In this document: positions 1-9,833 of the stretch, piece by piece | How the letters are laid out: each line of letters opens with the position of its first letter | Numbering within the stretch: position 1 is the first letter of the stretch | Assembly: GCA_963836075.1 (NCBI GenBank) | Contig: CAWIIB010000001.1 | Coordinates: forward strand, 64,001 to 128,000 | DNA length: 64,000 bases | Direction: 5' to 3' | Origin: an uncultured Acidobacteriota bacterium | GTDB lineage: Bacteria; Acidobacteriota; JAQAZP01 | Made by a program: the position numbers and the translations under genes | Notes under the pieces: model-generated | The model's database searches: none | Told to the model about the DNA's origin: nothing | Seen by the model: only the letters and a program-made list of their open reading frames with translations

Positions 1-35
1 TTGTCCGGTGAATGAGAACGAGGCCGCGACGCATC

Positions 36-64
36 TTGACTCGGTCCCGGGGACTCCTTATAAT
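36..64 (+). promoter_or_regulatory. sigma70-type promoter of HEAT-repeat gene
   Basis: TTGACT-17 bp-TATAAT. Confidence 0.7.
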
Positions 65-142
65 CGCCCATCTTGTAATTTATCAGTATCTTAATCGGCA
101 TTTGGGTGGTCCTGCCCGATACATTCCCCTGAGGTGTTGTCC

Positions 143-2359
143 ATGAAAACCGATACGCCCGTCAGAACCGTATTCCTTCGGAACTGTCGTACCGTGACCA
201 CTGCGCTCCTGCTCCTGTTGCTCCTGGCGGCGGTCCCGGCCATGGCGGCCGACGGAGAACCGACCGCCGACGAGATCAGCGGAATCCTCGACCTTCTGGT
301 GCAGAAGAACTGGGAGATCCGCGAGAAGCTGATCAAGGAGATCAAGGTTTTGCCCCGGGAGGGCCTGTACCAGTATCTGCAACCGGTGATCATCGGGACG
401 GAGACCGACCGCAAGCGCCGCCTGGCGGCCATGGCGGTGGCTGCGGCCCGCAGCCTGCCGGCGGCGGAAAATGACTTCCTGGACCTGGCCCGGAACCCCG
501 ACGAAGAGCTGCGGCTGATGGCGGTTCTCTGCCTCGGCTGGCTGGAGAACCCGGGGCTGGTTCCCGAGCTGGAGCGGATTGCCAAAGAGGATGCGGCCAC
601 CGATATCCGGGTGGCGGCCATCGAGTCCCTCGACCGGATCGGTGCGGCCGGCGCCCTGGAGACCCTGTACCTGCTGATCGGTCCGGGAGAGCGGAATGTC
701 CGCATCTCGGCGCTCTATGTCCTCGGCCAGCTGGCCGATCCGGGGTCGCTGCAGCGGATCAAACCGCTGCTGGACGATTCCGATGCCCAGGTGCGGCGCT
801 ACACCATGTCCATCCTGCGCAAGTTCGACACCGGCCAGGTCATGGAACTGTTGCGCGAAACCTGGCCCGATCTCTCCGCCAGTGCCCGTCAGGATGCGGT
901 GCGCACCATCGGCCAGCTGAAGGACGCCGGCGCCGTGGCGCTGCTCGATGAATTCGGCAAGGATGCCCCGCTGGACCTCCAGGTCCAGATCGCTTCTTCC
1001 CTGGGTCAGATCGGCGGGCCGGAAGCGGTGGCCATGCTGAGGAGCATGTACGAGGGCAGTGCAGACAAGCTGATGGTCCAGGTGATCCGGTCCCTCGGCG
1101 CGTTGAAAGATTCCGGCTCGGTGGCCATGCTGCTGGACACGCTGGACAGCGGCGACCCCCGGGCCCGCGGCGTGGTGATCGAGGCCCTGGTCCAGATCGG
1201 CGACACCGGCGCGCTGCCCGACCTGATCGAACTGCTCACCGCTGACGATTCGGACCCCGAGCTGCGGGCGGCGCTGATCGGCGCGCTGGGCCGCTTCGGT
1301 GACGCTTCGGTGAACCCCTACCTGCTGGAGATGCTGGAGCAGGAGTCGACCGACGACCAGACCCGGATCAACCTCCTGCTCTCCCTGGGCAACCTGCCGC
1401 AGCCTGGTCTGTGGAAGAAGCTGGCGCCCTGGCTGGAGGACGACAATCCCCAGGTGGCCAATGCCGCCATCTATGCCATCAGCCTGCTGGAGGACCCGGA
1501 GGCGCTGGATGCGCTCTACCCGCTGCTGGAGTCCGACGACATGAACCTGCAGATCTCGGTGCTGACCCTGCTGGCGGAAATGAACGCGCAGGGGTCCGCT
1601 TCCCGGGTGCTCTCCCTGCTGGACAGTGAGAACACCGCGGTGAAGAGCACCGCGATTCAGGTGCTGGGCGTGCTGGAAGACCGGTCGGTGCTCGGCCGTA
1701 TCCGCCGTGAGCTGGAGGAGGCCACCGATCCCAACGTGCGGGTGGCCTCGGTGATGACCCTCGGCGAGCTGAAGGACACGAAATCGGCTGACCGGCTGGC
1801 CGTGCTGCTGGAGAGCGGCGGCCTGGATATGAAGATGGCCTCCATGGAGGCGCTGGGCAAGATCGGCGGCCCGGTGGCCCGCAAGGCGCTGCGCAAGCAG
1901 ATGGAGGAGGGCGAGTTCTGGATCGCCTACGCGGCACGGATCTCGCTGGCCCGGCAGGGCGACCGCCAGGTTCTTGACGGTATCCTCGAAGGGCTGGAGA
2001 ACCCCAACCCGGATGAGCGGGCGGAAACGGTGCGCATGCTCGGCGAGGTGGGCGGCAAGGAAGTGATCGAACCGCTGCTCGGGATGCTGGACGACAGTGC
2101 GGGCATCGGGGTTCCCTCGATCCTGGTTCGCGACTTCATGGTCGGTTCCACGTTCTATTCAGGGAGCGGCGACCGGACCCAGGGAGTGCGCGATGCGGCG
2201 GTGGAGGCGTTGAAGATGGCCACCGGCACGTCGTTCGACTGGTCGGTGTTCGGGACCGACGAGGAGAAAAAGGCCGCCGCCCAGCGCTGGCGCACCTGGT
2301 GGGCCGAAGAAGGCGACACCTTCGAACTGCCGGCCGAACCGCAGTACCCGCAGCAGTGA
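143..2359 (+). CDS. secreted HEAT/PBS-lyase-like repeat protein
   Basis: Signal peptide (LLLLLLLAAVPAMA). Many ~31-aa repeats of type VR.AA..ALG.IG. C-terminal cap ALKMATGTSF...WRTWW. ORF track start is 134. Confidence 0.85.
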   Translation: MKTDTPVRTVFLRNCRTVTTALLLLLLLAAVPAMAADGEPTADEISGILDLLVQKNWEIREKLIKEIKVLPREGLYQYLQPVIIGTETDRKRRLAAMAVAAARSLPAAENDFLDLARNPDEELRLMAVLCLGWLENPGLVPELERIAKEDAATDIRVAAIESLDRIGAAGALETLYLLIGPGERNVRISALYVLGQLADPGSLQRIKPLLDDSDAQVRRYTMSILRKFDTGQVMELLRETWPDLSASARQDAVRTIGQLKDAGAVALLDEFGKDAPLDLQVQIASSLGQIGGPEAVAMLRSMYEGSADKLMVQVIRSLGALKDSGSVAMLLDTLDSGDPRARGVVIEALVQIGDTGALPDLIELLTADDSDPELRAALIGALGRFGDASVNPYLLEMLEQESTDDQTRINLLLSLGNLPQPGLWKKLAPWLEDDNPQVANAAIYAISLLEDPEALDALYPLLESDDMNLQISVLTLLAEMNAQGSASRVLSLLDSENTAVKSTAIQVLGVLEDRSVLGRIRRELEEATDPNVRVASVMTLGELKDTKSADRLAVLLESGGLDMKMASMEALGKIGGPVARKALRKQMEEGEFWIAYAARISLARQGDRQVLDGILEGLENPNPDERAETVRMLGEVGGKEVIEPLLGMLDDSAGIGVPSILVRDFMVGSTFYSGSGDRTQGVRDAAVEALKMATGTSFDWSVFGTDEEKKAAAQRWRTWWAEEGDTFELPAEPQYPQQ

Positions 2360-2363
2360 GCGG

Positions 2364-3668
2364 TCAGACCAGCCGGCCGTCGTGCAGAACCACGCGGCCC
2401 TGCTTGACCACGGTTTCCGCGTGGGTCTTGCCGAAGTGGTAGCAGAGGGTCCGGTAGTCCGGGGCGTCGAGGATCACGGCGTCACCGGCGGCCCCGGGGC
2501 TCAACGATCCAATGGCCCCTTCCAGCCCCAGGGCGCCCGCGGCGTATCGCGTAGCGCCCAGCAGCGCCTCTGCCGGAGTCATGCGCATCATGGTGCAGGC
2601 CATGGTCAGCACCAGGGGCAGTGACTGGGTCATGCACGACCCGGGATTGAAGTCGGTGGCCAGGGCCACCGGCAGGCCCATGGTGATCATCCGCCTGGCA
2701 TCCGGCAAGGGCCCGGCGCCGAGAAAGAAGACGCAGCCGGGCAGCAGTACGGCGCTGACGCCGGCCCGGGCCATGGAATCCATCCCCCCCTCGTTGGTGA
2801 ACTCCAGGTGGTCGGCGGATACCGCCCCCACGTCAGCGGCCAGAGCGGCGCCGCCGGTGTCGGACAACTGGTCGGCGTGGACCTTGGGCCGCAGGCCGTG
2901 GTCCAGGCCGGCCCGCAGCACCCGTTCGGCCTCGGCGCGGGTGTAGACGCCGGTTTCGCAAAACACGTCACAGAAGGACGCCAGTTTTCTCCGGCCCACC
3001 TCGGGAATCATCTCTCCGATCACCAGGTCGAGGTAGCGCTGCTTGCCACCCTCCACGCGATATTCGGCCGGCACCTCGTGGGCGCCGAGAAAGGTGGCCA
3101 GCACATCCACCGGGTGGCGTCGTCCGATTTCCGCGGCCACCTCCAGCATCTTGATCTCGGTGGCGGTCTCCAGGCCATAGCCGCTCTTCACCTCCACCGT
3201 GGTCACCCCCTGGCGCAGGCATTCGTCCAGACGCTGCAGGCCGCTGGCCACCAGTTCTTCAGCCGTCGCCGCCCGGGTGGAGGCCACCGTGCTGAGAATG
3301 CCCCCGCCCTCGCGGGCGATCTCGGCATAGCTGCGGCCCTGGATCCGCCACTCGAACTCCCGCTCCCGGGAGCCGCCGTGCACCAGGTGGGTGTGGCAGT
3401 CCACCAGTCCGGGGATCACCGCCCGGCCGCCGGCGTCGATCCACGTGCCCTGGAACTGGCCCGGCGGCTGCGGAGGCAGATCATCGGACGGACCGGCCCA
3501 GGAGACCGCTCCACCGCTGATCACCAGGGCGCCGCCTTCCACCAGACCCAGACGTTCTTCGGCCGGGGCGCCGTGGGGAACATCCAGCGGTACGGTGAGC
3601 AACTGCGATGCGTTGCTGATCACCAGCTCGGCGTGTGAAAGATCTGGAATGGCATTGCCGGTATTCAT
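2364..3668 (-). CDS. hutI: imidazolonepropionase
   Basis: PGLVDCHTHLV, GGGILSTV, GVTTVEVKSGYGL, TFLGAH, DVFCE, HADQL, SADHLE, ATDFNPGS motifs; GAGGAG RBS before ATG 3668. Confidence 0.93.
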   Translation of the reverse strand: MNTGNAIPDLSHAELVISNASQLLTVPLDVPHGAPAEERLGLVEGGALVISGGAVSWAGPSDDLPPQPPGQFQGTWIDAGGRAVIPGLVDCHTHLVHGGSREREFEWRIQGRSYAEIAREGGGILSTVASTRAATAEELVASGLQRLDECLRQGVTTVEVKSGYGLETATEIKMLEVAAEIGRRHPVDVLATFLGAHEVPAEYRVEGGKQRYLDLVIGEMIPEVGRRKLASFCDVFCETGVYTRAEAERVLRAGLDHGLRPKVHADQLSDTGGAALAADVGAVSADHLEFTNEGGMDSMARAGVSAVLLPGCVFFLGAGPLPDARRMITMGLPVALATDFNPGSCMTQSLPLVLTMACTMMRMTPAEALLGATRYAAGALGLEGAIGSLSPGAAGDAVILDAPDYRTLCYHFGKTHAETVVKQGRVVLHDGRLV

Positions 3669-3736
3669 GGTCGTCTCCTCTGGCGGAGTATAGCGGAAGG
3701 GCTCCGGGCCGATCAACGCGGCACGGACCGGGTCGC

Positions 3737-3765
3737 TTGACCCGTCATTACGCGGCGAATACTAT
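3737..3765 (+). promoter_or_regulatory. sigma70-type promoter, 6 nt before the ATG of the ABC exporter
   Basis: TTGACC-17 bp-TACTAT, ATG at 3772. Confidence 0.6.
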
Positions 3766-3771
3766 GTGCGG

Positions 3772-5596
3772 ATGAAGAAACTCATCCGCATCTTCAGTTA
3801 CGCCCGACCATACAAGGGCCGGATGGCGGTGATGCTGGCCTGCATGCTGGGCGCGCACCCTGATCTCCCTGATGCCGGTGGCCATTTCCGCGCGATTTCA
3901 TCAACGTGCTGACCGGGGAGTCGGAGTCGGTTTCCAAGCTGCCCGAACAGCTGGGCGGTGCTTATCTCAATCGGATCATTGCCACCGGCGATACGCTGGC
4001 TGATGATCGAACTGCTCATCGCCGTGATGATCGCGGTGGCCCTGATCCGGCACCGGGCTCTCCCTGCTCCAGGCCTGGCTCTTCGGCAAGGTCGGAGCAC
4101 TGCTGATCTTCGATGTGCGCAAACAGCTCTTCGACCACCTGCAGCAACTCTCTCTCAAGTTTTACCAGCGCCGGGAGACCGGTGAGCTGATGTCCCGGAT
4201 CCTCAATGACGTGGGCACCATCCAGAGCATGCTCACCTCCACCTTCCTCAGCTTTATCACCAACATTTTCGCCGTGATCGTCTTCTTCGGGCTCTGATGC
4301 ACATGAACTGGCGGCTGACCCTCTTCTCCATGCTGATCCTGCCGCCGATGGTGCTCAACGTCCGGCTGTTCAACTTCCGTATCCGCCGGATCAGCCGTCT
4401 GGGAATGGAGAAGATGGCCGAGGTCTCCTCCTACCTCCAGGAATCGTTCACCGGCATCCGGGTGGTGCAGTCGTTCACCGGTGAGGAGCGGCGGAAGAAA
4501 GGGATTCCGTCAGCTGGCCCGGCAGCTGGTCTCCCTCGGCGTGCGGGCCGTGATGCTGGGAACGTTCCAGGCCCAGGTGGCCTCGCTGGTGATCACCGCC
4601 GGGACGGTGGGCATCCTCTGGTACGGGGCGCGGCTCCAGGCCCAGGGACTGATGGACTGGGGCAGCATCTTCGCCTTCTTCGTCCTGCTGATGATGTTCA
4701 TCGGGCCGATGACCGGGCTGATCCAGATCAACGTCCAGATTCAGGGCGCCCTGGCCGCCTTCGACCGGATCTTCGATCTGCTGGATCGCCGGCCCGAGGT
4801 GACCGACCGCCCCGGCGCCGTTGATATCGAAGGTGTGGCGCGGGGGATCGATTTTGATGGAGTGACCTTTGCCTACGAGGAAGGACGGCCGGTGCTGCAC
4901 GGGGTGACATTCAAGGTTGGCCGGGGGGAGACGGTGGCCCTGGTGGGGCCGTCCGGCGCGGGCAAGACCACCATGGTCAACCTGCTCTGCCGCTTCTACG
5001 ACCCCCAGGAGGGGCGGATCGAGATCGACGGCCGCGACCTGCGGGACGTCACCATCGACTCCCTGCGCCGGCGGATCGGCATCGTCGACCAGGAGACCTT
5101 TCTGTTCAACGACAGCCTGCTGGAGAACATCCGTTTCGGCCGGGACGTCAGCCTGGATGAAGTGACTGCCGCCACCAGGGCGGCCTATATCCACGACTAC
5201 ATCGAAGGGCTGCCCGAAGGGTACGAGACCGTGGTGGGGGAGCGGGGGGTGAGCCTTTCCGGCGGGCAGCGGCAGCGCATCGCCATCGCCCGGGCGATCC
5301 TCAAGAACCCGCCGGTTCTCATCCTTGACGAAGCCACCTCCTCGCTCGACTCGCAGTCCGAACGGTATATCCAGCTGGCCCTGGAAAAACTGATGACCGA
5401 CCGCACGGCGTTCATCATCGCCCACCGGCTCTCCACGGTGCAGCAGGCCGACCTGGTGCTGGTGCTCGAGGAGGGACGGGTGGTGCAGGCCGGGACCTAC
5501 AGCGAACTGCTGGCCGCCGATGGCCTGTTCCGCCGCCTCCACGACGAGCAGTTCAGAGGTTCGGCAGGGCCGGCGGCGGAAGATGCCCTCTCCTGA
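3772..5596 (+). CDS. MsbA/Sav1866-type ABC exporter (permease + ATPase), multiply frameshifted in its 5' half
   Basis: Fragments join: MKKLIRIFSYARPYKG..., RKQLFDHLQQLSLKFYQRRETGELMSR, MNWRLTLFS...YLQESFTGIRVVQSF. Intact NBD with GPSGAGKT, LSGGQRQR, ILDEATSSLD, IIAHRLST. Confidence 0.85.
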
Positions 5597-5630
5597 CCGC
5601 TGGACAGTTGAGCGGAAGAGGAGTGATGAG

Positions 5631-7169
5631 GTGCCCGAGGTGTTCAACCCCTCCTCGATGAAGCAGGCCATCTGCGTCAGCCTTCCCGGCGGCCGGGTCC
5701 ACGGCCTGCAGCCGCTGAGGGCCGCGCTCTCCACCGCCGCTGACCTGGTGGAGGTGCGCCTGGACCTGTTGCAGGAACCGGGCCGGCTGGAGGCCTGGGT
5801 CTCCGGCTGGAACCTGCCGGTGGTGGTGGCCTGCCGGCGGCAGGAGGACGGTGGCCGGTTCAGCGGATCGGAAGAGGAACGATTGGAGCTGCTGCAGCGG
5901 GCGGCACGGTCCGGGGCTGCCCTGGTGGACCTGGAGGACCACGCCGCATCGCTGATCCAGCGGACCGGATGGCCCTCCCGCACGCGGTTCATGCTCTCGA
6001 AGCACGACAGCTCCGGTCCGTTTTCGCGGCCGCTGACCGAGCTCTACCGCGAGCTGGCCTCCCTGGCCCCCGCGGCGGTGAAGCTGGTGCCCACGGCCCG
6101 CTGCCTGGAGGACGGGTTCCGCTTCCTCGAACAGCTGGAGGAACTCTCCGGGCGTATCGGTCCGGGAGATCCCCCACTCTCCGCTTTTTGCATGGGCGGC
6201 CCCGGTATCTTTACCCGCATCCTCGCCTTTTCCCGTGGTTCAGCCCTGGTCTATGCGTCCACGGCCCAGGATACCCCGGTGGCTCCGGGCCAGCTCACCG
6301 TGGACCAGCTGCTCGGCATCTACCGCTCCAGGGACCTGGGCCGGGATACCTGCTGCACCGGCATCCTCGGTGACCGGGTTGCCGGTTCCCTGTCACCGCT
6401 GATCCACAACCGGCTCTACCGTCGTCTCGGTCTGGACCGCTGCTACCTGCCCCTTCCGGCCGCCTCTTCCGAACTGCGTGGTCTGCTGCACCGGTTCAGT
6501 GCCGGGGACCTTCCCCTGGACCTGGGCGGGCTCAGCGTCACCGCCCCGTTCAAGATGGCCGTGATTCCGCTGGTGCACCAGCTCTCCTCCTGCGCCGGCC
6601 GGGCCGGGGCGGTGAACACCCTGGTCCGGCGCCGTTCCGGAGAACTGCGGGGCTACAACACCGACGTGCACGGGGTGCTGGCCACCCTGCGCCGCTCCGG
6701 TGCCGGTCCGTTCCAGGGGAAGAAGGCCCTGGTGATCGGCGCCGGGGGTGCTGCCCGGGCCGCGGCCCTGGCTCTTGACCGGCTGGGCATGCGGCTGGCT
6801 GTGGCCAACCGCACCGTCTCCCGGGCCACGAAGCTGGCCGGGGAGTGGGGCGGTGAGGGCGGTGGTCTGGACGATTTTCACGGTGCGGGTTTCCACCTGG
6901 TGGTCAACACCACCGCTGTATCCGCGGATGACCGCTTGCCCTCGTTCCAGCTGGTGGACAACAGCACCACCATTTTCGATCTCAACTACCACCCGCCGCT
7001 GACCCCGCTGCTGGCTGCCGGGAGACGTCTGGGCTGCCCCACGCTGGACGGGCTGGAGATGCTGGCCTGCCAGGGTGAGCGGCAGTTCCGGCTGTTCACC
7101 GGGGTCAAGCCTCCCCCGGGGGCGATGCTCGACATTCTGCGGGCCGTGGGCGGTGGGGGAGGAGAGTGA
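5631..7169 (+). CDS. aroDE: bifunctional type I 3-dehydroquinate dehydratase / shikimate dehydrogenase
   Basis: DHQase motifs VEVRLD, SKHD, VKLV, MG..G..TR, APGQ; SDH motifs SLSPLIHN, SVTAPFK, AVNT, NTD, GAGGAARA, DGLEML. Start uncertain (5583/5631/5658). Confidence 0.88.
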   Translation: MPEVFNPSSMKQAICVSLPGGRVHGLQPLRAALSTAADLVEVRLDLLQEPGRLEAWVSGWNLPVVVACRRQEDGGRFSGSEEERLELLQRAARSGAALVDLEDHAASLIQRTGWPSRTRFMLSKHDSSGPFSRPLTELYRELASLAPAAVKLVPTARCLEDGFRFLEQLEELSGRIGPGDPPLSAFCMGGPGIFTRILAFSRGSALVYASTAQDTPVAPGQLTVDQLLGIYRSRDLGRDTCCTGILGDRVAGSLSPLIHNRLYRRLGLDRCYLPLPAASSELRGLLHRFSAGDLPLDLGGLSVTAPFKMAVIPLVHQLSSCAGRAGAVNTLVRRRSGELRGYNTDVHGVLATLRRSGAGPFQGKKALVIGAGGAARAAALALDRLGMRLAVANRTVSRATKLAGEWGGEGGGLDDFHGAGFHLVVNTTAVSADDRLPSFQLVDNSTTIFDLNYHPPLTPLLAAGRRLGCPTLDGLEMLACQGERQFRLFTGVKPPPGAMLDILRAVGGGGGE

Positions 7170-8494
7170 TGACCGGAACAGCCGGGTCGCAAAAAAGCCT
7201 GGTCATGCCAGCCGTTCTGGATGGCATTCGGGGTGAGGTGCGGCTGCCCGGCTCGAAGAGCATCACCCACCGGGGGCTGGTGCTCGGTGCCCTGGCGGAC
7301 GGCACCACCCGGCTCAGCGGTGCGTCACTCTCCGGAGACTGTGGCCGGACCGTGGATGCCCTCCGCCGGCTGGGAACGGCCGTGACCATGGTGGGGGAGC
7401 AAGGGGAATTCCAGGTGCGTGGATGGGGGGATGATCCGCCCCACAGCTCAGGGCCGCTGGATGCCGGTGAATCCGGAACCACGGCCCGGTTCATGCTGCC
7501 GCTGCTGGCCCTGGGCAACGGCCGCCGTGAACTCCACGGGGGCCCACGGCTCTCCCGGCGCCCCATGGGGGCGCTGGTGGAGGCGCTGCAACTCCTGGGG
7601 GTCGATATTCAGCGCCCGGTCCCTGGCGCCGATCTGCCCCTGGTGCTGCAGGCCTGCGGAGTGGAGGGCGGGGCCGTCACCCTGGACGCCGGCCTCAGCA
7701 GCCAGTTCGCCAGTGCCCTGCTGCTGGCCGCCCCGAGGTTCCGGCACGGGCTGGCCCTCACCCTGGCCGGCGGACGGACGGCCTCCCGTCCCTACCTGGA
7801 GATGACCTGTTCCCTGATGGCCCGTTTTGGCGTCACCGTTGAACTGGAAGGGGAGGGGGTGTTCCGGGTCCCCGCCGGGTCCCGCTACCGCTCCCGGGAG
7901 CTGGTGGTGGAGGGGGACGCTTCCGCGGCCTCCTACTTCTGGGCCGCGGCGGCCGTCTGCGGAGGCGTGGTCCGCTGCACGCCGCTCTCGCCGGATGATT
8001 CGCTGCAGGGCGACATGGACTTTGTCCGCTTGCTGGAGCGCATGGGCTGTGCGGTGCGCAGCGGCCCCGGCTGGGTGGAGGTGCGGGGCGGCGCCCGGCC
8101 GCTCCGGCCGCTGGAGGTCTCCATGAACCGCATGCCCGACCTGGTGCCCACCCTGGCCGTGGCCGCCCTCTTCGCCCGTGGCCGGACCCGGATCACCGGC
8201 GCCGCCCACCTGCGGTGGAAGGAGTCCGACCGGCTGGGCGACCTGGCTCGCGAATTGCGGCGGCTGGGCGGCCTGGTGCAGGAGACGGAGGACGGGCTGG
8301 TGATCGAGGGGGACGGCGGAACGCGGCTGGCCGGGACGGCGGTGGAGACATACAATGACCACCGGATGGCGATGAGCCTTGCCGTGGCCGGCCTGCGCCT
8401 GCCCGGTACGCGTATCAAGGATCCGGACTGCGTGGCCAAGTCGTACCCGGATTTTTTTAACGACCTCTTCAGCCTGGTCGGGGATTCGGGGTAG
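7166..8494 (+). CDS. aroA: EPSP synthase (3-phosphoshikimate 1-carboxyvinyltransferase)
   Basis: LPGSKSITHR, GESGTTARF, SSQFASALL, EGDASAASY, HLRWKESDR, DHRMAMS, CVAKSYPDF. Confidence 0.96.
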   Translation: MMTGTAGSQKSLVMPAVLDGIRGEVRLPGSKSITHRGLVLGALADGTTRLSGASLSGDCGRTVDALRRLGTAVTMVGEQGEFQVRGWGDDPPHSSGPLDAGESGTTARFMLPLLALGNGRRELHGGPRLSRRPMGALVEALQLLGVDIQRPVPGADLPLVLQACGVEGGAVTLDAGLSSQFASALLLAAPRFRHGLALTLAGGRTASRPYLEMTCSLMARFGVTVELEGEGVFRVPAGSRYRSRELVVEGDASAASYFWAAAAVCGGVVRCTPLSPDDSLQGDMDFVRLLERMGCAVRSGPGWVEVRGGARPLRPLEVSMNRMPDLVPTLAVAALFARGRTRITGAAHLRWKESDRLGDLARELRRLGGLVQETEDGLVIEGDGGTRLAGTAVETYNDHRMAMSLAVAGLRLPGTRIKDPDCVAKSYPDFFNDLFSLVGDSG

Positions 8495-8582
8495 AATGGC
8501 GCCCGCGGCGGGGAAGGAGCCCGCACCGCGAGTTCGACTGAAGATTCAATTGCCGGAAACCGAGGGATAACAGGTACCATTC

Positions 8583-9824
8583 ATGGACGAGATCACCAGA
8601 CGCGTGCAGCAGATGTACACCGCGTTTCCGCTGCCCAACTTCGAAATGCCCGAGATGCCCAGCGAGGCCCAACTGGCGGCCATGGGCCCGATGCACCGGC
8701 TGGAATACAACTTCTATGTCTGTCACCCGCACTACAAGTCGTTTGCCGGGGGCAAGGCCCTGGACGGCGGCTGCGGCACCGGCAACAGCACCTACCGCTA
8801 CGCGGTGCGCAACCCCGAGGTGGAAATCCTCGGGGTGGACCTCAGCGAAAAGTCGGTTTTTCTCGCCGAATCACGGGCGCGAAAGCGCGGGGCGACCAAC
8901 GCTCGTTTTCGCCAGGTGGACCTGATGGACCCCCAGGCCCTGGCCGACGAGGGCCCTTTCGACTACATCGCCAGCGAAGGCGTGGTGCACCACCTCTCCG
9001 ACCCGCTCACCGGCCTGCGGCACCTCGTTCAGCGTCTGACCCCCGACGGCCTGATCTTTCTGGCCTTCTACTCGCAAAAGGCCCGGGCCCGGGTGAGCCA
9101 TTTCCAGGAAGCGATTCAGCTGATCCTCGACGAGGAGGAGCGCAACGATTTCGGCAAGGGGCTGGCCGTGGCCAAACGGCTCTTCGGCAGCCTGGCCCAG
9201 GCCGGGCACCTGGAGCACGAGGTGGCCGGTCTGGTGAACACCGACCAGGAAATCGTCGACACCTTCCTCCACGCCAGCGAACGGTGCTACACCATTCCCC
9301 AGCTGCAGGACCTGACCCGTGACGCCGGGTTGCGGATCATCCGTTTCCACCCGTCCTACCTCTGGGACCCGGCCCACTGGCTCCCCGATCCCGAACTCCG
9401 GAACCGTGCCGCCAGGCTGTCGATGGAACAGCGCTGGCACCTGGCCGACCTGCTGATTCCGCACCACGTGCTCTACCAGTTCTTTGCCTGCCGGGAGGAC
9501 TACCGGCCCCGGGTCCCGCAGCGGAGCGGCGAGGAACTGCTGGGTGCCGTGCCCCGGTTCGTCCCCTTTGTGGAACTGGAGATGGTGGCCCCTGGTGACG
9601 GGGACGGCGGTTTCGGCAGCGCCAGCGGCGGCCGGCTGGTCTTTCGCGACGGCATGAAGCAGCTGGCGGATATCGACCTCAGTGAGAGCGGCCTGCGGCT
9701 GGTCCAGGCCTGTGACGGACGGCGCACCGTGGCCCAGGTGGCCGAAGAGGCGAACAGCGGCGGGGATGAGGCCGCGGCCCTCTACCGGGATCTGGAAGCC
9801 GCCAAGGCCGTCTACTTTGTGTGA
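8583..9824 (+). CDS. class I SAM-dependent methyltransferase with C-terminal PqqD-like winged-helix segment
   Basis: LDGGCGTG, GVDLS, FDYI...GVVHHL; N-terminal VQQMYTAFPLP; C-terminal LVQACDGRRTVAQVA. Confidence 0.82.
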   Translation: MDEITRRVQQMYTAFPLPNFEMPEMPSEAQLAAMGPMHRLEYNFYVCHPHYKSFAGGKALDGGCGTGNSTYRYAVRNPEVEILGVDLSEKSVFLAESRARKRGATNARFRQVDLMDPQALADEGPFDYIASEGVVHHLSDPLTGLRHLVQRLTPDGLIFLAFYSQKARARVSHFQEAIQLILDEEERNDFGKGLAVAKRLFGSLAQAGHLEHEVAGLVNTDQEIVDTFLHASERCYTIPQLQDLTRDAGLRIIRFHPSYLWDPAHWLPDPELRNRAARLSMEQRWHLADLLIPHHVLYQFFACREDYRPRVPQRSGEELLGAVPRFVPFVELEMVAPGDGDGGFGSASGGRLVFRDGMKQLADIDLSESGLRLVQACDGRRTVAQVAEEANSGGDEAAALYRDLEAAKAVYFV

Positions 9825-9833
9825 ACGCCACTC

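Noticed and set aside
2364-3668. hutI without hutH/hutU/hutG
   Set aside because: Dispersed hut genes are common; this cannot be judged from one window.
4295-4297. In-frame TGA in the ABC exporter (and the early TGA in pyrD) as possible selenocysteine or readthrough
   Set aside because: The coding sequence continues in a different frame, so these are indels, and I see no SECIS-like context.
8563-8574. AGGGATAACAGG resembles part of the I-SceI site and a conserved 23S rRNA motif
   Set aside because: Only 12 nt match, flanks are unrelated, and it overlaps the RBS region of the methyltransferase; likely chance.
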